A stretch of DNA of 64,000 nt from Chlorobiales bacterium (GCA_026390855.1 JAPLFE010000047.1:10599-74598); one strand, 5' to 3'. Counted from the stretch's first letter, positions 1 to 10,166 are shown. Numbers and translations: made by a program. Notes: generated by a model not told the origin, from the letters alone.

Positions 1-280
1 CAAGAATTTTTGAGGCGCAGGTAAGGCGGCTGCCTTTCATGGCAATATTATCTTTTATTGCCATTGGCATTCCGAACAACTTTCCAAGCCTGCCTCCTTC
101 AGAAAGTTTCCGGTCCAGAACTCTTGCCCGTTCCAGCGCTTCCTCATGAAAAACTGTTATATAAATATTGTCATCATGATGACGATCTATACGTTCCAGA
201 TAAAAACGCACTACCTCTTCACAGGTTACTGCCTTTGCAACAAGCCTGGAGCGTAGATCTTCGTAACTACTTAAATGCAC
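1..280 (-). CDS. gatA: Asp-tRNA(Asn)/Glu-tRNA(Gln) amidotransferase subunit A, N-terminal part (runs off window start)
   Basis: Not in ORF track. Manual minus-strand translation from GTG at 280: [32 protein letters not shown]...[26 protein letters not shown], with the amidase-family G-x-P-x-AIKDNI and TCASKIL motifs. Confidence 0.9.
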   Translation of the reverse strand, partial: MHLSSYEDLRSRLVAKAVTCEEVVRFYLERIDRHHDDNIYITVFHEEALERARVLDRKLSEGGRLGKLFGMPMAIKDNIAMKGSRLTCASKIL

Positions 281-501
281 GTCTTTTGTGAATTATTTTT
301 AACAGAAAAAAGTCTCTACCTTCTCTTTCTTACATTCGAGAAAAACATGCCTTCCGACATTACAGGTTTTCGTTCCGTGTAAAGTTTGTATAATAAGAAA
401 TAACTGCATATTATTCAATTCAAGCTATTTTAAGACTACTCAAGTTCGGCGTATAGTTTGCTCATGATTACCCGTCAAGCAATGTGGATTAAAAAGGATT
501 T

Positions 502-1350
502 ATGGCACTCACTAGCAAAATGAACCGTTCATCAACCTTTAATCCTAACTGGTTTTCGTCGGACAATACTGTTGCAGATAAAGAGATACAAGCTGAGATT
601 CAATCATCGTGCACACTTCCCCTCCATATTGCCATAATTATGGATGGTAATGGACGATGGGCAAGGTCGAAGGGGAAAACAAGAATAGAGGGTCATATCG
701 CCGGGGTAGACTCAGTTAGAGACATTGTTGAAGCGTGCTCAGAACTTGGAGTGAAATATCTTACTCTTTTTACATTTTCCACTGAAAACTGGAAACGGCC
801 TAAAAATGAAGTCTCGGCCTTGATGCAGCTTCTCATCAAGGTTATTGGAAGAGAAACACGTAAACTCCATGAGAACAATGTTCGTCTGAATGTCATTGGC
901 GAAATAGATATGCTGCCGGGGAAAGTTCGCTCTACCTTGCAGAAAACCATGGATCTCACTAAAGATAATAACAAACTCATACTGAATATTGCTCTCAGCT
1001 ACAGTGGTCAATGGGATATTGTACAGGCTTGTAAAGCTATTGCTTTTGATGTCCAGAGAGGTCTAGTCAATCCAGAATATGTCGATGAACAACTTTTTTC
1101 ATCTTATCTTTCGACTGCCTCAATGCCCGATCCTGAGCTTCTGATCCGCACAAGCGGAGAGTTCAGAATCAGCAACTTTATGCTCTGGCAAAGCGCATAT
1201 TCCGAAATTTACTTTTCGAACACTTACTGGCCCGATTTTCGCCGTTCACAACTCTATGATGCTGTACGGGAATTTCAGAGCAGGGAACGGAGGTTCGGAC
1301 AGACAAGTGAACAAATACAGAACAAAAATATATCTGCCGGCAAGCTTTAA
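502..1350 (+). CDS. uppS: Isoprenyl transferase (undecaprenyl diphosphate synthase)
   Basis: HIAIIMDGNGRWA, FSTENWKRP, LLIRTSGEFRISNFMLWQ motifs. Confidence 0.95.
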   Translation: MALTSKMNRSSTFNPNWFSSDNTVADKEIQAEIQSSCTLPLHIAIIMDGNGRWARSKGKTRIEGHIAGVDSVRDIVEACSELGVKYLTLFTFSTENWKRPKNEVSALMQLLIKVIGRETRKLHENNVRLNVIGEIDMLPGKVRSTLQKTMDLTKDNNKLILNIALSYSGQWDIVQACKAIAFDVQRGLVNPEYVDEQLFSSYLSTASMPDPELLIRTSGEFRISNFMLWQSAYSEIYFSNTYWPDFRRSQLYDAVREFQSRERRFGQTSEQIQNKNISAGKL

Positions 1351-1370
1351 CCTGATTAGTACCTGACTCC

Positions 1371-3878
1371 ATGAAAACATCGCGAAAACTGATAACCTTA
1401 GTTCTGCTTGCTCTTGCCCTGAATACAATAGGAAACACCGCTGAAGCAAAAAACAAGCCGATTAGAACTGGCAAACAGCCTTTGGCTGCAGAACAGACAA
1501 AAAGCACTGACACTAAAAAAGAGGTGTTTACGGTCACGTCCATCTCATTCAGCGGTCTTGAGACACTGAAAGAACAGGAAATGATCGCCAGTCTTCCACT
1601 CAAAGTCAACGATCGGATTGCCATCCCGGGACCTGAACTCTCTTCTGCGATGCAGTACCTCTGGCAGCTCCAGATTTTCAGTGATATCAGCGTTCAACAA
1701 ACTGATCTTGATCAGCATAAAATCGCCTTGAAGTTCAGTGTTAAAGAACTGCCTATTCTTGACAAGGTGATTTTTGCCGGCAACAAGAATTTTGACAATG
1801 ATGAGTTACGGCGAAAAGCAGGCTTGGTGACCGGAAAAAAAATAGGCCAGCAGGAGCTGCTTACAGCGGTCAATAAAATCGAAAAGCTCTATGCGGGCAA
1901 AGGTTATTTGACAGCCGGATCGGAATTCCGTCTTCAGGAAAACGGAAAAAATCATGTCAATGCCCTTTTTACGATCACTGAAGGGTCAAAAGTATCCATT
2001 GAAAAAATCACCTTTCACGGCAACGATGCCTTCAGTCAGAAAAAGCTGAGAGGGGTGTTCAATGAAACCCATCAAAATTCCTGGTGGCGTAAAATTTTTG
2101 GATCGCCAAAACTTGATACTGATAAATTCAACGACGATAAAAACTTGATTGTTGAATTCTATAGAAACAACGGTTATCGCGATGCCCGGGTATTACGTGA
2201 TGCGATCAGTTATACCAATGACAAAAAAGGCCTTTTCCTTGACATTTATCTTGATGAAGGTCAGAAATATTATATCGGAAATATCACCTGGACAGGCAAT
2301 ACAAAAGATTTCGCAACAACAGAAATCCTCAATAACACCTTCAAATTCAAAAAAGGTGATACTTACAATGCAAAGCTTATCCAGGAAAGGCTGAATTTCG
2401 CTCAGGACAATGCGGACGTCAGTTCGCTTTATCTTGATCGCGGGTACCTCTCTTTCAAAGCAAAACTTGATGAGAAAGTCATCAAACCAAATACCGTCGA
2501 TCTTGATATATCCCTCAGGGAAGGCGAACCATTCCAGCTGAACACCATCAATATCAAAGGCAACACTAAAACGAAAGATCATGTCATCCGCAGGGAACTC
2601 TATACTGTACCTGGAGATATGTTCAGCCGTCAGAATGTTGTACGCAGTATCAGGGAACTGAGCATGCTCAATTACTTCGACCCTGAACAGATTGTACCCG
2701 ATATTCAACCAAATCCTGAAAACAACACCGTTGACCTTACTTATAATGTCAGCGAAAAACAAACCGATACTTTCAACACTTCAGTCGGTTACAGCAGCAC
2801 AGGGTTCACCGGTGCATTAGGCCTTACCTTCAGTAACTTTTCACTGAAGGATATCTTCAATCGCGAAGCCTACCAGCCTTTACCGCATGGCGATGGTCAG
2901 AAACTTGGCTTTCAGTGGCAATTCGGCAGCGATAACTACAATACTCTCAGCCTTTCCTTTACTGAACCATGGGCTTTTGGCACTCCAACTACACTCGGAT
3001 TTTCAGTCTTTGACACCCATAGCGCCTATATCTATAACAGTGATGGCGTTACTCCGACCATCATGGATCAGTACGGCACAACCCTTTCAATCGGAAGGCG
3101 TCTGACCTGGCCGGACGACTACTTCTCGACCAACTTGAAACTAAAATACCTGCACACCTCAGGTGGGCTCCTGAGTTTATATGCATCACAGGCAAACGCT
3201 CCAAACCAGGCCGATGAGTATTCGATAACACAAACTTTTGCCCGAAACAGCATTGATAGCCCTATCTATCCGCGAAAAGGCAGCAAAAATTCCATCTCGG
3301 CAGAGCTTGCCGGTGGACCACTGCCGGGCACCGTGGATTTCTACAAGGTCATCGGAAGCTCAAGCTGGTTTATTCCAATCACAAAAAAGGTTGTCTGGAA
3401 CATTTCAACCCAGCACGGTTATCTGGGAACCTTTAGCAGCAATGATTACATCCCTTACACGGACTTCTTTTATATGGGTGGAAGCGGTATGTCAACGCTG
3501 CCTACCGTGCCATTGAGAGGGTATAATGACCGGAGCCTCGGATCAAATTTATACCCTGGCGACCCTTCAAATACGTTGTATGGCGGTAAAATCTATTCAA
3601 AGTTCACCTCGGAGCTGAGATACCCGCTGAGTATGTCACAGTCAGTGAGCATTTACGGATTGGCTTTCGTTGAAGCAGGCGGCCTCTGGATGAACACGCA
3701 ATCGGTAAACTATGGCGATCTGAAAAAGTCAGCTGGTCTGGGTCTGCGGCTCTACCTCCCTATTATCGGACAGATAGGGCTTGACTATGGCTACGGGTTT
3801 GATGCCGTGAAAAGTATTCCCAACAAAAAACAGCAGGGATTCAGCTTCACCTTCAGCTTCGGTGGAGCGAATGATTAA
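1371..3878 (+). CDS. bamA: Outer membrane protein assembly factor BamA
   Basis: Signal peptide, POTRA repeats (e.g. GNTKTKDHVIRREL), barrel with LRGY motif, terminal aromatic-rich beta-strand, next to uppS. Confidence 0.95.
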   Translation: MKTSRKLITLVLLALALNTIGNTAEAKNKPIRTGKQPLAAEQTKSTDTKKEVFTVTSISFSGLETLKEQEMIASLPLKVNDRIAIPGPELSSAMQYLWQLQIFSDISVQQTDLDQHKIALKFSVKELPILDKVIFAGNKNFDNDELRRKAGLVTGKKIGQQELLTAVNKIEKLYAGKGYLTAGSEFRLQENGKNHVNALFTITEGSKVSIEKITFHGNDAFSQKKLRGVFNETHQNSWWRKIFGSPKLDTDKFNDDKNLIVEFYRNNGYRDARVLRDAISYTNDKKGLFLDIYLDEGQKYYIGNITWTGNTKDFATTEILNNTFKFKKGDTYNAKLIQERLNFAQDNADVSSLYLDRGYLSFKAKLDEKVIKPNTVDLDISLREGEPFQLNTINIKGNTKTKDHVIRRELYTVPGDMFSRQNVVRSIRELSMLNYFDPEQIVPDIQPNPENNTVDLTYNVSEKQTDTFNTSVGYSSTGFTGALGLTFSNFSLKDIFNREAYQPLPHGDGQKLGFQWQFGSDNYNTLSLSFTEPWAFGTPTTLGFSVFDTHSAYIYNSDGVTPTIMDQYGTTLSIGRRLTWPDDYFSTNLKLKYLHTSGGLLSLYASQANAPNQADEYSITQTFARNSIDSPIYPRKGSKNSISAELAGGPLPGTVDFYKVIGSSSWFIPITKKVVWNISTQHGYLGTFSSNDYIPYTDFFYMGGSGMSTLPTVPLRGYNDRSLGSNLYPGDPSNTLYGGKIYSKFTSELRYPLSMSQSVSIYGLAFVEAGGLWMNTQSVNYGDLKKSAGLGLRLYLPIIGQIGLDYGYGFDAVKSIPNKKQQGFSFTFSFGGAND

Positions 3879-3908
3879 GAACAGCGGCTTTGTTGTTTTA
3901 ATGGGTTC

Positions 3909-3952
3909 TTGTAATGTAAAAAGGAGGCTGACGCCTCCTTTTTACATTACAA
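3909..3952. terminator. Bidirectional intrinsic terminator between convergent bamA and the DUF151 gene
   Basis: Perfect 20-bp inverted repeat TTGTAATGTAAAAAGGAGGC-tgac-GCCTCCTTTTTACATTACAA with A/T tracts. Confidence 0.8.
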
Positions 3953-3966
3953 CAGTTTTGACATCT

Positions 3967-4566
3967 TCAGGAACTACTTTTCAAGCGTGTGATTTCATCG
4001 CGCAATCTGGCAGCTTCTTCATAGTTTTCATTGCTGATTGCGTCATTGAGTGCTGACTGCAACTCCTCAAGCCGCATATTCGGACTAAGAAGCCCAGGAG
4101 GAACTTCTTCTGCTGGAAGCGCTTCCTCTTCTTCCTCGCCTTCACCCTCCTCTTTCTGTTCTTCTTTGATACCCGCCTCGTTCATGATCTCTTCGGTGAC
4201 AAACAAAGGTGCGTTAAATCGAACAGCAATTGCAATGGCATCGCTGGGACGTGCATCAATTTCATGCACTTCACCATTGACTTCACACACTACCTTTGCA
4301 TAAAAGGTCTCATTGTGCAGTTCATCGATAATTATTTCATTGACATGCAGATTAAAAACGTCAGCTATGTTTTTAAAAAGATCGTGGGTAAAAGGTCGTG
4401 GCGGCTTGATATTTTCAAGCTTCAGAGCAATCGCCTGAGCTTCAAAACCACCAATAATTATCGGAAGCTTGCGCTTCCCCTCTAACTCATAAAGTATAAG
4501 AGCATAGGCTCCGTTTGTATGTGGACTTGTCGAAAGCCCAAGAATATCCACCTGAAGTTTACGCAT
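3967..4566 (-). CDS. Bifunctional nuclease (DUF151) family protein with C-terminal UVR domain
   Basis: LPIIIGGFEAQAIA, RPFTHDL, IDARPSDAIAIA; C-terminal ENYEEAARLRDEI. Confidence 0.88.
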   Translation of the reverse strand: MRKLQVDILGLSTSPHTNGAYALILYELEGKRKLPIIIGGFEAQAIALKLENIKPPRPFTHDLFKNIADVFNLHVNEIIIDELHNETFYAKVVCEVNGEVHEIDARPSDAIAIAVRFNAPLFVTEEIMNEAGIKEEQKEEGEGEEEEEALPAEEVPPGLLSPNMRLEELQSALNDAISNENYEEAARLRDEITRLKSSS

Positions 4567-4641
4567 TGGCTGAAAAAATATTTACGTTCCAAGGAAGCAT
4601 CTCATAGATCCCTTGTTTGATTAACATTAAAGTAATGTTAA

Positions 4642-5631
4642 TCATTTCTTCTTCAAAAATTCCTTGAGCGAATCGATCAGTTTTGGCAACACAAGGTGTA
4701 CATCGCCTACAATGCCATAATCCGCTACGTCAAAAATCGGAGCATGCCGGTCACTGTTAATCGCAACAACAATGCCGGCATCCCCTATACCCGCAAGGTG
4801 CTGAGCAGCGCCCGATATTCCGCATGCGAAGTAAAGTACCGGAGCCACCGTTTTACCAGTCTGCCCTATTTGTTCGGCATGAGGGCGCCATCCTTCATCA
4901 ACCGCAGTCCGACTCGCTCCTACAGAGCCCCCAAGAAGGGCAGCAAGCTGCTCAAGCCGAGCAAAACTCTCAGCACTCCTCATTCCCCTGCCACCGGCAA
5001 CAATAATACTTGCTTCGGCCACATCAGGTGAACCTTCACGCATTACAATCCGTCGAACAACCGGGAATAGATCCTCAGCAGTAAAACTCTGTGTATCAAG
5101 GGATCGGAATTCAAGGTGCCCTCCTGAAAAATAAGCAGCTTCAGGTACTCGTGATGACAGGATATAAATCCGTTCTCTCTGTTTTGGAACAAAAGAAGCC
5201 AGGAACGAACCTGAATAGACCGATCGTACGCAGCCGCCAGCTGCATCTGTTTCAACAAATGAGCACCCGGAGAGTAATGAGGCCTGAAGACGAACAGAGA
5301 GCCTTGGAGCAAGGTCCCTGCTCATAGCTGTATCGGCAAAAAACAATGCGCTGCAGGCTTCGCGTTTAAAGATATCAGCAATAAGACTGGTATAATACTT
5401 CTGGTTGTAGAGCCTGAGGCCGTCATCACTTGCATGATACATAACCCCATCTCCCGAAAGAGTACCATCAAGCTGCTGAATATCAAGCGGTCCACAGAGA
5501 ATGCCTGAAACCACACTCTCTCCCCGTAAAGCGGCAAGTTCCTGAACCCTGTTCCAGGTTGAGAGAGAGGACTTTTTAACAATACCTTCCCTCTGTTCCA
5601 GAAATACCAAAAATTTATTCATCACGAGCAT
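4642..5631 (-). CDS. etfA: Electron transfer flavoprotein alpha subunit
   Basis: IIVAGGRG, VGASRTAVD, QIGQTGKTVAP, GISGAAQH, AINSDRHAPIFDVADYG. Confidence 0.92.
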   Translation of the reverse strand: MLVMNKFLVFLEQREGIVKKSSLSTWNRVQELAALRGESVVSGILCGPLDIQQLDGTLSGDGVMYHASDDGLRLYNQKYYTSLIADIFKREACSALFFADTAMSRDLAPRLSVRLQASLLSGCSFVETDAAGGCVRSVYSGSFLASFVPKQRERIYILSSRVPEAAYFSGGHLEFRSLDTQSFTAEDLFPVVRRIVMREGSPDVAEASIIVAGGRGMRSAESFARLEQLAALLGGSVGASRTAVDEGWRPHAEQIGQTGKTVAPVLYFACGISGAAQHLAGIGDAGIVVAINSDRHAPIFDVADYGIVGDVHLVLPKLIDSLKEFLKKK

Positions 5632-5654
5632 TTACTGTTCTTTTCCTTTTCCCG

Positions 5655-6404
5655 TCAGAACATATTGTGTTCATGACTGAGAAGCCGTATCAGTTCATTT
5701 TCATCCGGCACAATACAACATATTTTTTTTCTTTCAAGGGGCTTAAGAGCAGTCATAACAACAAATGGATCATTATGAAGGCTTGATGTCGAAAAATCGA
5801 TAGATTTTTTTCTCGCTTCCATTACCGCTCTGATACTGGTGTTGCGAGGTACATTTAATCCTTTTTCAGCACTGAGCACTGCAGGACAGGCAAGATCGAT
5901 ATACTCATTTCCACCCTCGATCTCTCGTTCCACCTGGAGAAATCCATCGGAAACATTAAGGGCAGTCACCCCATTAACGGAAGCTATACCAAGCATCTCA
6001 GCAAGCATAGAGGGCACCTGTGCACTTTGAAAATCAGTAGACTGCTTTCCACAAAAAACAAGGTCCGGCAAAGCCACTGAATAAAAATTGGTTATCGCCC
6101 GACAGAGAATCTGAGCCGCTTGAAATGGGTCGGATACCTTTTCTGTACAACTTACGCTGACAGCCCCGTCGGCACCCATGGCAAGGGCCTTGCGGAGTAC
6201 TTCTTTTGATGAATCATGGGCAACGCTGAACACCGTCACCACGCTTCCCTCAAAACGCTCTTTAAGGCGCACTGCTTCCTCAAGAGCATACTCATCATAA
6301 GGATTCATGACCTTGTTAACTCTTGAATAGTCTACTGATCCATCCACATACCCAATAACTGATGCAGTATCAGGTACTTGACAGACACATACGGCAATAT
6401 TCAT
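5655..6404 (-). CDS. etfB: Electron transfer flavoprotein beta subunit
   Basis: VCQVPD, MNPYDEYALEEA, ALAMGAD, DLVFCGKQSTD; adjacent to etfA. Confidence 0.92.
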   Translation of the reverse strand: MNIAVCVCQVPDTASVIGYVDGSVDYSRVNKVMNPYDEYALEEAVRLKERFEGSVVTVFSVAHDSSKEVLRKALAMGADGAVSVSCTEKVSDPFQAAQILCRAITNFYSVALPDLVFCGKQSTDFQSAQVPSMLAEMLGIASVNGVTALNVSDGFLQVEREIEGGNEYIDLACPAVLSAEKGLNVPRNTSIRAVMEARKKSIDFSTSSLHNDPFVVMTALKPLERKKICCIVPDENELIRLLSHEHNMF

Positions 6405-6586
6405 GAAATGTATTACTGATTATCAGAAATAACTATGACTGGAAAAACGGATTATTGACACACCCACTTTTTTTTAACATAACACATCTGAATCGCAAGG
6501 ACAATATCCCCCCGAACCCGTAAAGCAAAAAGAAGTTTAAAGTCAGAAAAAAGAAGATAATGCGGGGAAAATGCAGGGGGAAATAA

Positions 6587-6610
6587 TAAAGCCGCTTAAA
6601 AGCGGCTTTA
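6587..6610 (-). terminator. Intrinsic terminator downstream of tRNA-Leu
   Basis: Inverted repeat TAAAGCCGCT-taaa-AGCGGCTTTA followed by a T-rich run on the minus strand. Confidence 0.6.
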
Positions 6611-6621
6611 TAAAAAACAAG

Positions 6622-6703
6622 TGCCCGAGAGGAGATTCGAACTCCTACACCTTTCGGCGCTACCCCCTCAAGATAGTGTGTCTACCAATTTCACCACTCG
6701 GGC
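6622..6703 (-). tRNA. tRNA-Leu(GAG)
   Basis: Minus strand GCCCGAGTGGTGAAATTGGTAGACAC-CTATC-TTGAGGG-GGTAG, long variable arm, GTTCGAATC T-loop; CCA not encoded. Confidence 0.96.
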
Positions 6704-6734
6704 TTGTCAATACACTGAAATAAAAATATTTCAG

Positions 6735-6807
6735 TGAGAATAGAAGGACTCGAACCTTCGACCCTCTGCTTAAAAGGCAGATGCTCTACCGACTGAGCTA
6801 TATTCTC
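6735..6807 (-). tRNA. tRNA-Lys(TTT)
   Basis: Minus strand GAGAATATAGCTCAGTCGGTAGAGCA-TCTGC-CTTTTAA-GCAGA...GGTTCGAGTCC...TATTCTCA. Confidence 0.96.
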
Positions 6808-6841
6808 AACCTATAACTAAGGTACAGGAGAGTACCGGAAC

Positions 6842-6949
6842 TTACTTATTCTGGTATCTCTGGCGCTTCTTGTGCCTGTTCTTACGGCGCATTTTTTTAC
6901 GCTTGTGTACCGCCATTTTATGACGTTTTCTTTTTTTTCCGCAGGGCAT
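6842..6949 (-). CDS. Small basic protein, bS22 / AURKAIP1-COX24 (mS38-like) family, 35 aa
   Basis: Below the ORF-track cutoff. Manual translation MPCGKKRKRHKMAVHKRKKMRRKNRHKKRQRYQNK matches the MP(S/C)GKKRKRHKxAxHKRKK family pattern. Confidence 0.88.
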   Translation of the reverse strand: MPCGKKRKRHKMAVHKRKKMRRKNRHKKRQRYQNK

Positions 6950-6985
6950 ATAGTAAGTGTCTTTCCTCTTGTTTTAAAGGCAGAT

Positions 6986-7013
6986 AATATAGAAAGTTTT
7001 TTTAAAACTGCAA
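6986..7013 (-). promoter_or_regulatory. Candidate sigma70-type promoter for bS22-tRNA-Lys-tRNA-Leu
   Basis: Minus strand TTGCAG-N16-TATATT about 35 nt upstream of the bS22 ATG. Confidence 0.4.
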
Positions 7014-7059
7014 ACCTTAATTCATCACTAAGCACAAATTCATCATATTTAACACCCGC

Positions 7060-7229
7060 GCAACTCGAGTTCCCCTTCATCAATATCTCAAGCCCCCAGC
7101 AGGTTGGCTTTCCAGAGTCTCTAAGGCCATTTCAGTTCGCTCGGCATCAAATCCCCCCTTCCAACAGCTACTCTTCACCCTGGCAGGGGTTCTATGGATT
7201 ATTGATACTGCTTAAGCTCCCTCTTTTGC
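7060..7229 (-). ncRNA. Candidate structured RNA (rod-like, possibly 6S-like) downstream of rho
   Basis: Nested complementary segments (ATCAAT/ATTGAT, AACCCCTGCCAGG/CCTGCTGGGGGCTT, AAGG/CCTT, ATTT/AAAT) across about 170 nt; folded by eye only. Confidence 0.25.
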
Positions 7230-7234
7230 TCTCT

Positions 7235-8524
7235 TCAGGCATTCATATATTTGAAAAAGTCCTTGTTGTCTTTAGTGTCAGCCATTTTTTCACGCATGAA
7301 CTCCATACATTCGATAGGGTTCTTGTCGGCAAGATACTTTCTGAGAAGCCATGTTCTTGAAAGTTCTTCCTGTGTAAACAGCAGTTCTTCTTTACGGGTA
7401 CCGGACCGGAGAATATCGATAGATGGAAATATCCGACGTTCGGAAAGCCGGCGATCGAGCAGAAGTTCCATGTTACCGGTACCTTTGAATTCTTCAAAAA
7501 TAACATCATCCATTCGTGAACCGGTATCAACAAGCGCCGTTGCAATAATAGTCAGACTGCCGCCTTCTTCTATATTTCGGGCCGCGCCAAAGAAACGTTT
7601 CGGCTTGGTGAGTGCATTAGCATCAATACCACCCGACAGTATCTTTCCTGAGTGAGGAATAATGGTGTTATGAGCCCTTGCAAGGCGAGTAATGGAATCA
7701 AGCAGTACCACCACATCTCTGCCAACCTCCACAAGCCGTTTTGCTTTTTCCAGAACCATATCCGCAACAAGAACATGACGTTCAGGATCCTCATCAAAAG
7801 TTGAACTCACAACTTCTGCGGGCACACTGCGAGCCATATCGGTTACCTCTTCAGGACGTTCATCGATAAGAAGAACAATCAGATAAACCTCGGGATGATT
7901 TTTTATGATCGCATTGGCAATCATCTGTAAAAGCATCGTTTTACCCGTTTTCGGCTGCGCAACAATCAAACCTCTCTGCCCTTTACCAATAGGGGTAAAA
8001 ATGTCCATTATGCGCCCGCAGGCTTCTGACTGCTTAGTTTCAAGTTTAAGGCGTTCGCGGGGAAAAAGAGGGGTGAGGTTTTCAAAATAGGGTCGTTCTC
8101 TGGTAATTTCAGGATCGTTCCCGTCAATAGTGTTGATCTTGAGTAAAGCGAAAAACCGCTCACCCTCTTTTGGCGCTCTTACCTGACCGGATACTGTATC
8201 TCCGGTACGCATGTTGAAACGCTTGATCTGTGAAGGAGATACATAAATATCGTCAGGAGAAGAGAGGTAGTTATAATTAGCAGATCGTAAAAAACCGTAT
8301 CCTTCAGGTATTACCTGCAGAACGCCGGTGTTAACCATAACATTGCCACTATCCGAATCCGTATTCTTCTGTGACTGAGCCTCAATAATCTTAAAAATCA
8401 GCTCTTCCTTGCGTAAACCTGCAGCAACAACACCAATTTCTTTAGCTAAAGCATGTAACTCATAAACCTTCTTTTTCTGGAGCATATTGATGTCCAGACC
8501 TTTAAAAACCGAATTGTTCGACAT
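7235..8524 (-). CDS. rho: Transcription termination factor Rho
   Basis: [60 protein letters not shown] at 8524 preferred over upstream TTG at 8539. Confidence 0.97.
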   Translation of the reverse strand: MSNNSVFKGLDINMLQKKKVYELHALAKEIGVVAAGLRKEELIFKIIEAQSQKNTDSDSGNVMVNTGVLQVIPEGYGFLRSANYNYLSSPDDIYVSPSQIKRFNMRTGDTVSGQVRAPKEGERFFALLKINTIDGNDPEITRERPYFENLTPLFPRERLKLETKQSEACGRIMDIFTPIGKGQRGLIVAQPKTGKTMLLQMIANAIIKNHPEVYLIVLLIDERPEEVTDMARSVPAEVVSSTFDEDPERHVLVADMVLEKAKRLVEVGRDVVVLLDSITRLARAHNTIIPHSGKILSGGIDANALTKPKRFFGAARNIEEGGSLTIIATALVDTGSRMDDVIFEEFKGTGNMELLLDRRLSERRIFPSIDILRSGTRKEELLFTQEELSRTWLLRKYLADKNPIECMEFMREKMADTKDNKDFFKYMNA

Positions 8525-8837
8525 TGTAATTTTATTCAACGCTTGTTATTTGTAAAAAAATGGAAGAAGTCGGATAGGGCGTCACCTCATTACACCAGAT
8601 CCAACAGAATGGCCGATGCGATGAATCAGTTAGAAAGATTACCTTTAACGCTTTACCATGTAACATGAAAGCAGGAAAAAGAAGATGACAGGGGAAATGT
8701 ATAATTGAGATAACGGGATAATCAGTACAAGAAATTATGGAAAGGGATATTCCCTTATATACATGAAGAATTTGTGTGGCTTGTTTTAAATATAAAAATT
8801 TTTTCAATAAAAAAACGTGTTTCAAACCTATGCCTTA

Positions 8838-10019
8838 TCACACACCGGATGAAATAATATCTCCCGCCAGATAAAACGAACCAGTTATTAATATCAAGTC
8901 ATTCTCACCGGCTTTTTCACTGAGGTACTTAAGTCCTTCCTGCCCTGTGTTGAGCACTGTTGCCTCCCCACCCTCTTCAATGCATAAAGAGCCCAGTTCT
9001 TCGGCCGGAACACTGCGTTCAGAAGGAATATTGACCGTAACAAAAGTACAGTCAAGACGGAGAAGTTCACGGATAACAGCCCGAGCATCCTTATCTGAAG
9101 CAAGACCGAGAATCACGTATACTTGATGATATCTCTTACGAAATGCAAGAAGAGTGTTAACAGTTTCCCGCATGCCATCTGGATTGTGCGATACGTCAAC
9201 AAGAACGGTGGGATGCGTAGCGATCCTTTCAAGCCTGGCCCTGTAACCAGTCTGCCATAAGCGCAGAAGACCTGAATAAATATCTTTTGGTGCAATTCCT
9301 GCATCTTCAGCTACCATAACAGCAAGAGAGACATTAGATGCATGAAAGAAACCAGTAAGAGGAGTTTTAAGCGCAGGATAATGTCGTGAAGCACTTCTGA
9401 CATCAAGCTCAAGCATTCCTGGTTCGGCTGACGAGACCGTCGTGACTACATCTTTTCCCACTACAAACAGCGGAGCCTCACATAATTGAGCTTGTTTCTG
9501 TATCGGTAAAAAAGCCTCCGGCTCAGTAACTGCAGTAAATACCTTGCTGCCTTTTTTTATAATAGCTGCTTTTTCAGCTGCAATCATGCCGAGAGTCTCT
9601 CCCAGCCAGTCTGTATGATCCCTGCCAATACTTGAAATCACTGCATAAGCGGAATCCACCACATTGGTTGCATCCAACCGCCCTCCCATACCGGTCTCTA
9701 TAATAGAAACATCAACTCCTTCATCGGCAAACCAGGCAAATGCAATTGCTGTTGTAGCCTCAAAAAATGTAGCCTGGTTGTTGAAGACCGCATCTTTGTA
9801 AAGTGAACAATAGTGAGCTACTTTCTCACGTGAAATTTGCTCACCGTTGATTCGAATTCTTTCGGTAAAATTAACCAGATGAGGGGAAGTATACAGTGCT
9901 GTCTTCTTTCCGCTGGCTTGAAATATCGAGGCAAGTGCAGCCGCAACAGTGCCTTTCCCATTCGTACCGGCAACATGAATAACTTTGAAATCTTGTTGCG
10001 GAGTACCCAGCTGCTTCAT
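8838..10019 (-). CDS. folC: Folylpolyglutamate synthase/dihydrofolate synthase; N-terminal start appears disrupted
   Basis: IHVAGTNGKGT, YTSPHL, ETGMGGRLDATN, ITGSFYL. The frame stays open and homologous-looking to 10079 (FEKYGWVLGLERIS) but is closed by TAG at 10080-10082 with no standard start codon. Confidence 0.9.
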   Translation of the reverse strand: MKQLGTPQQDFKVIHVAGTNGKGTVAAALASIFQASGKKTALYTSPHLVNFTERIRINGEQISREKVAHYCSLYKDAVFNNQATFFEATTAIAFAWFADEGVDVSIIETGMGGRLDATNVVDSAYAVISSIGRDHTDWLGETLGMIAAEKAAIIKKGSKVFTAVTEPEAFLPIQKQAQLCEAPLFVVGKDVVTTVSSAEPGMLELDVRSASRHYPALKTPLTGFFHASNVSLAVMVAEDAGIAPKDIYSGLLRLWQTGYRARLERIATHPTVLVDVSHNPDGMRETVNTLLAFRKRYHQVYVILGLASDKDARAVIRELLRLDCTFVTVNIPSERSVPAEELGSLCIEEGGEATVLNTGQEGLKYLSEKAGENDLILITGSFYLAGDIISSGV

Positions 10020-10166
10020 AAGGGAAGAAATTCGTTCTAACCCAAGGACCCATCCATATTTTTCAAAACTAAATGCGGGCTATTTCAACAAGTCATTCCT
10101 CTGGGGTCTTTCTTGATCAAGTTGAAATTACCGTTTCGATATATCTCCCTTGTTCCCCTTAAAATC

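Noticed and set aside
58-291. 77-aa plus-strand ORF
   Set aside because: Antisense to the gatA N-terminus found on the minus strand.
6600-6810. tRNA pair as a possible integration site
   Set aside because: No integrase, no duplicated tRNA 3' end and no foreign genes flank it in this window.
6817-7083. 88-aa minus-strand ORF upstream of tRNA-Lys
   Set aside because: Overlaps the 35-aa bS22-like gene in another frame; the bS22 frame has the family motif.
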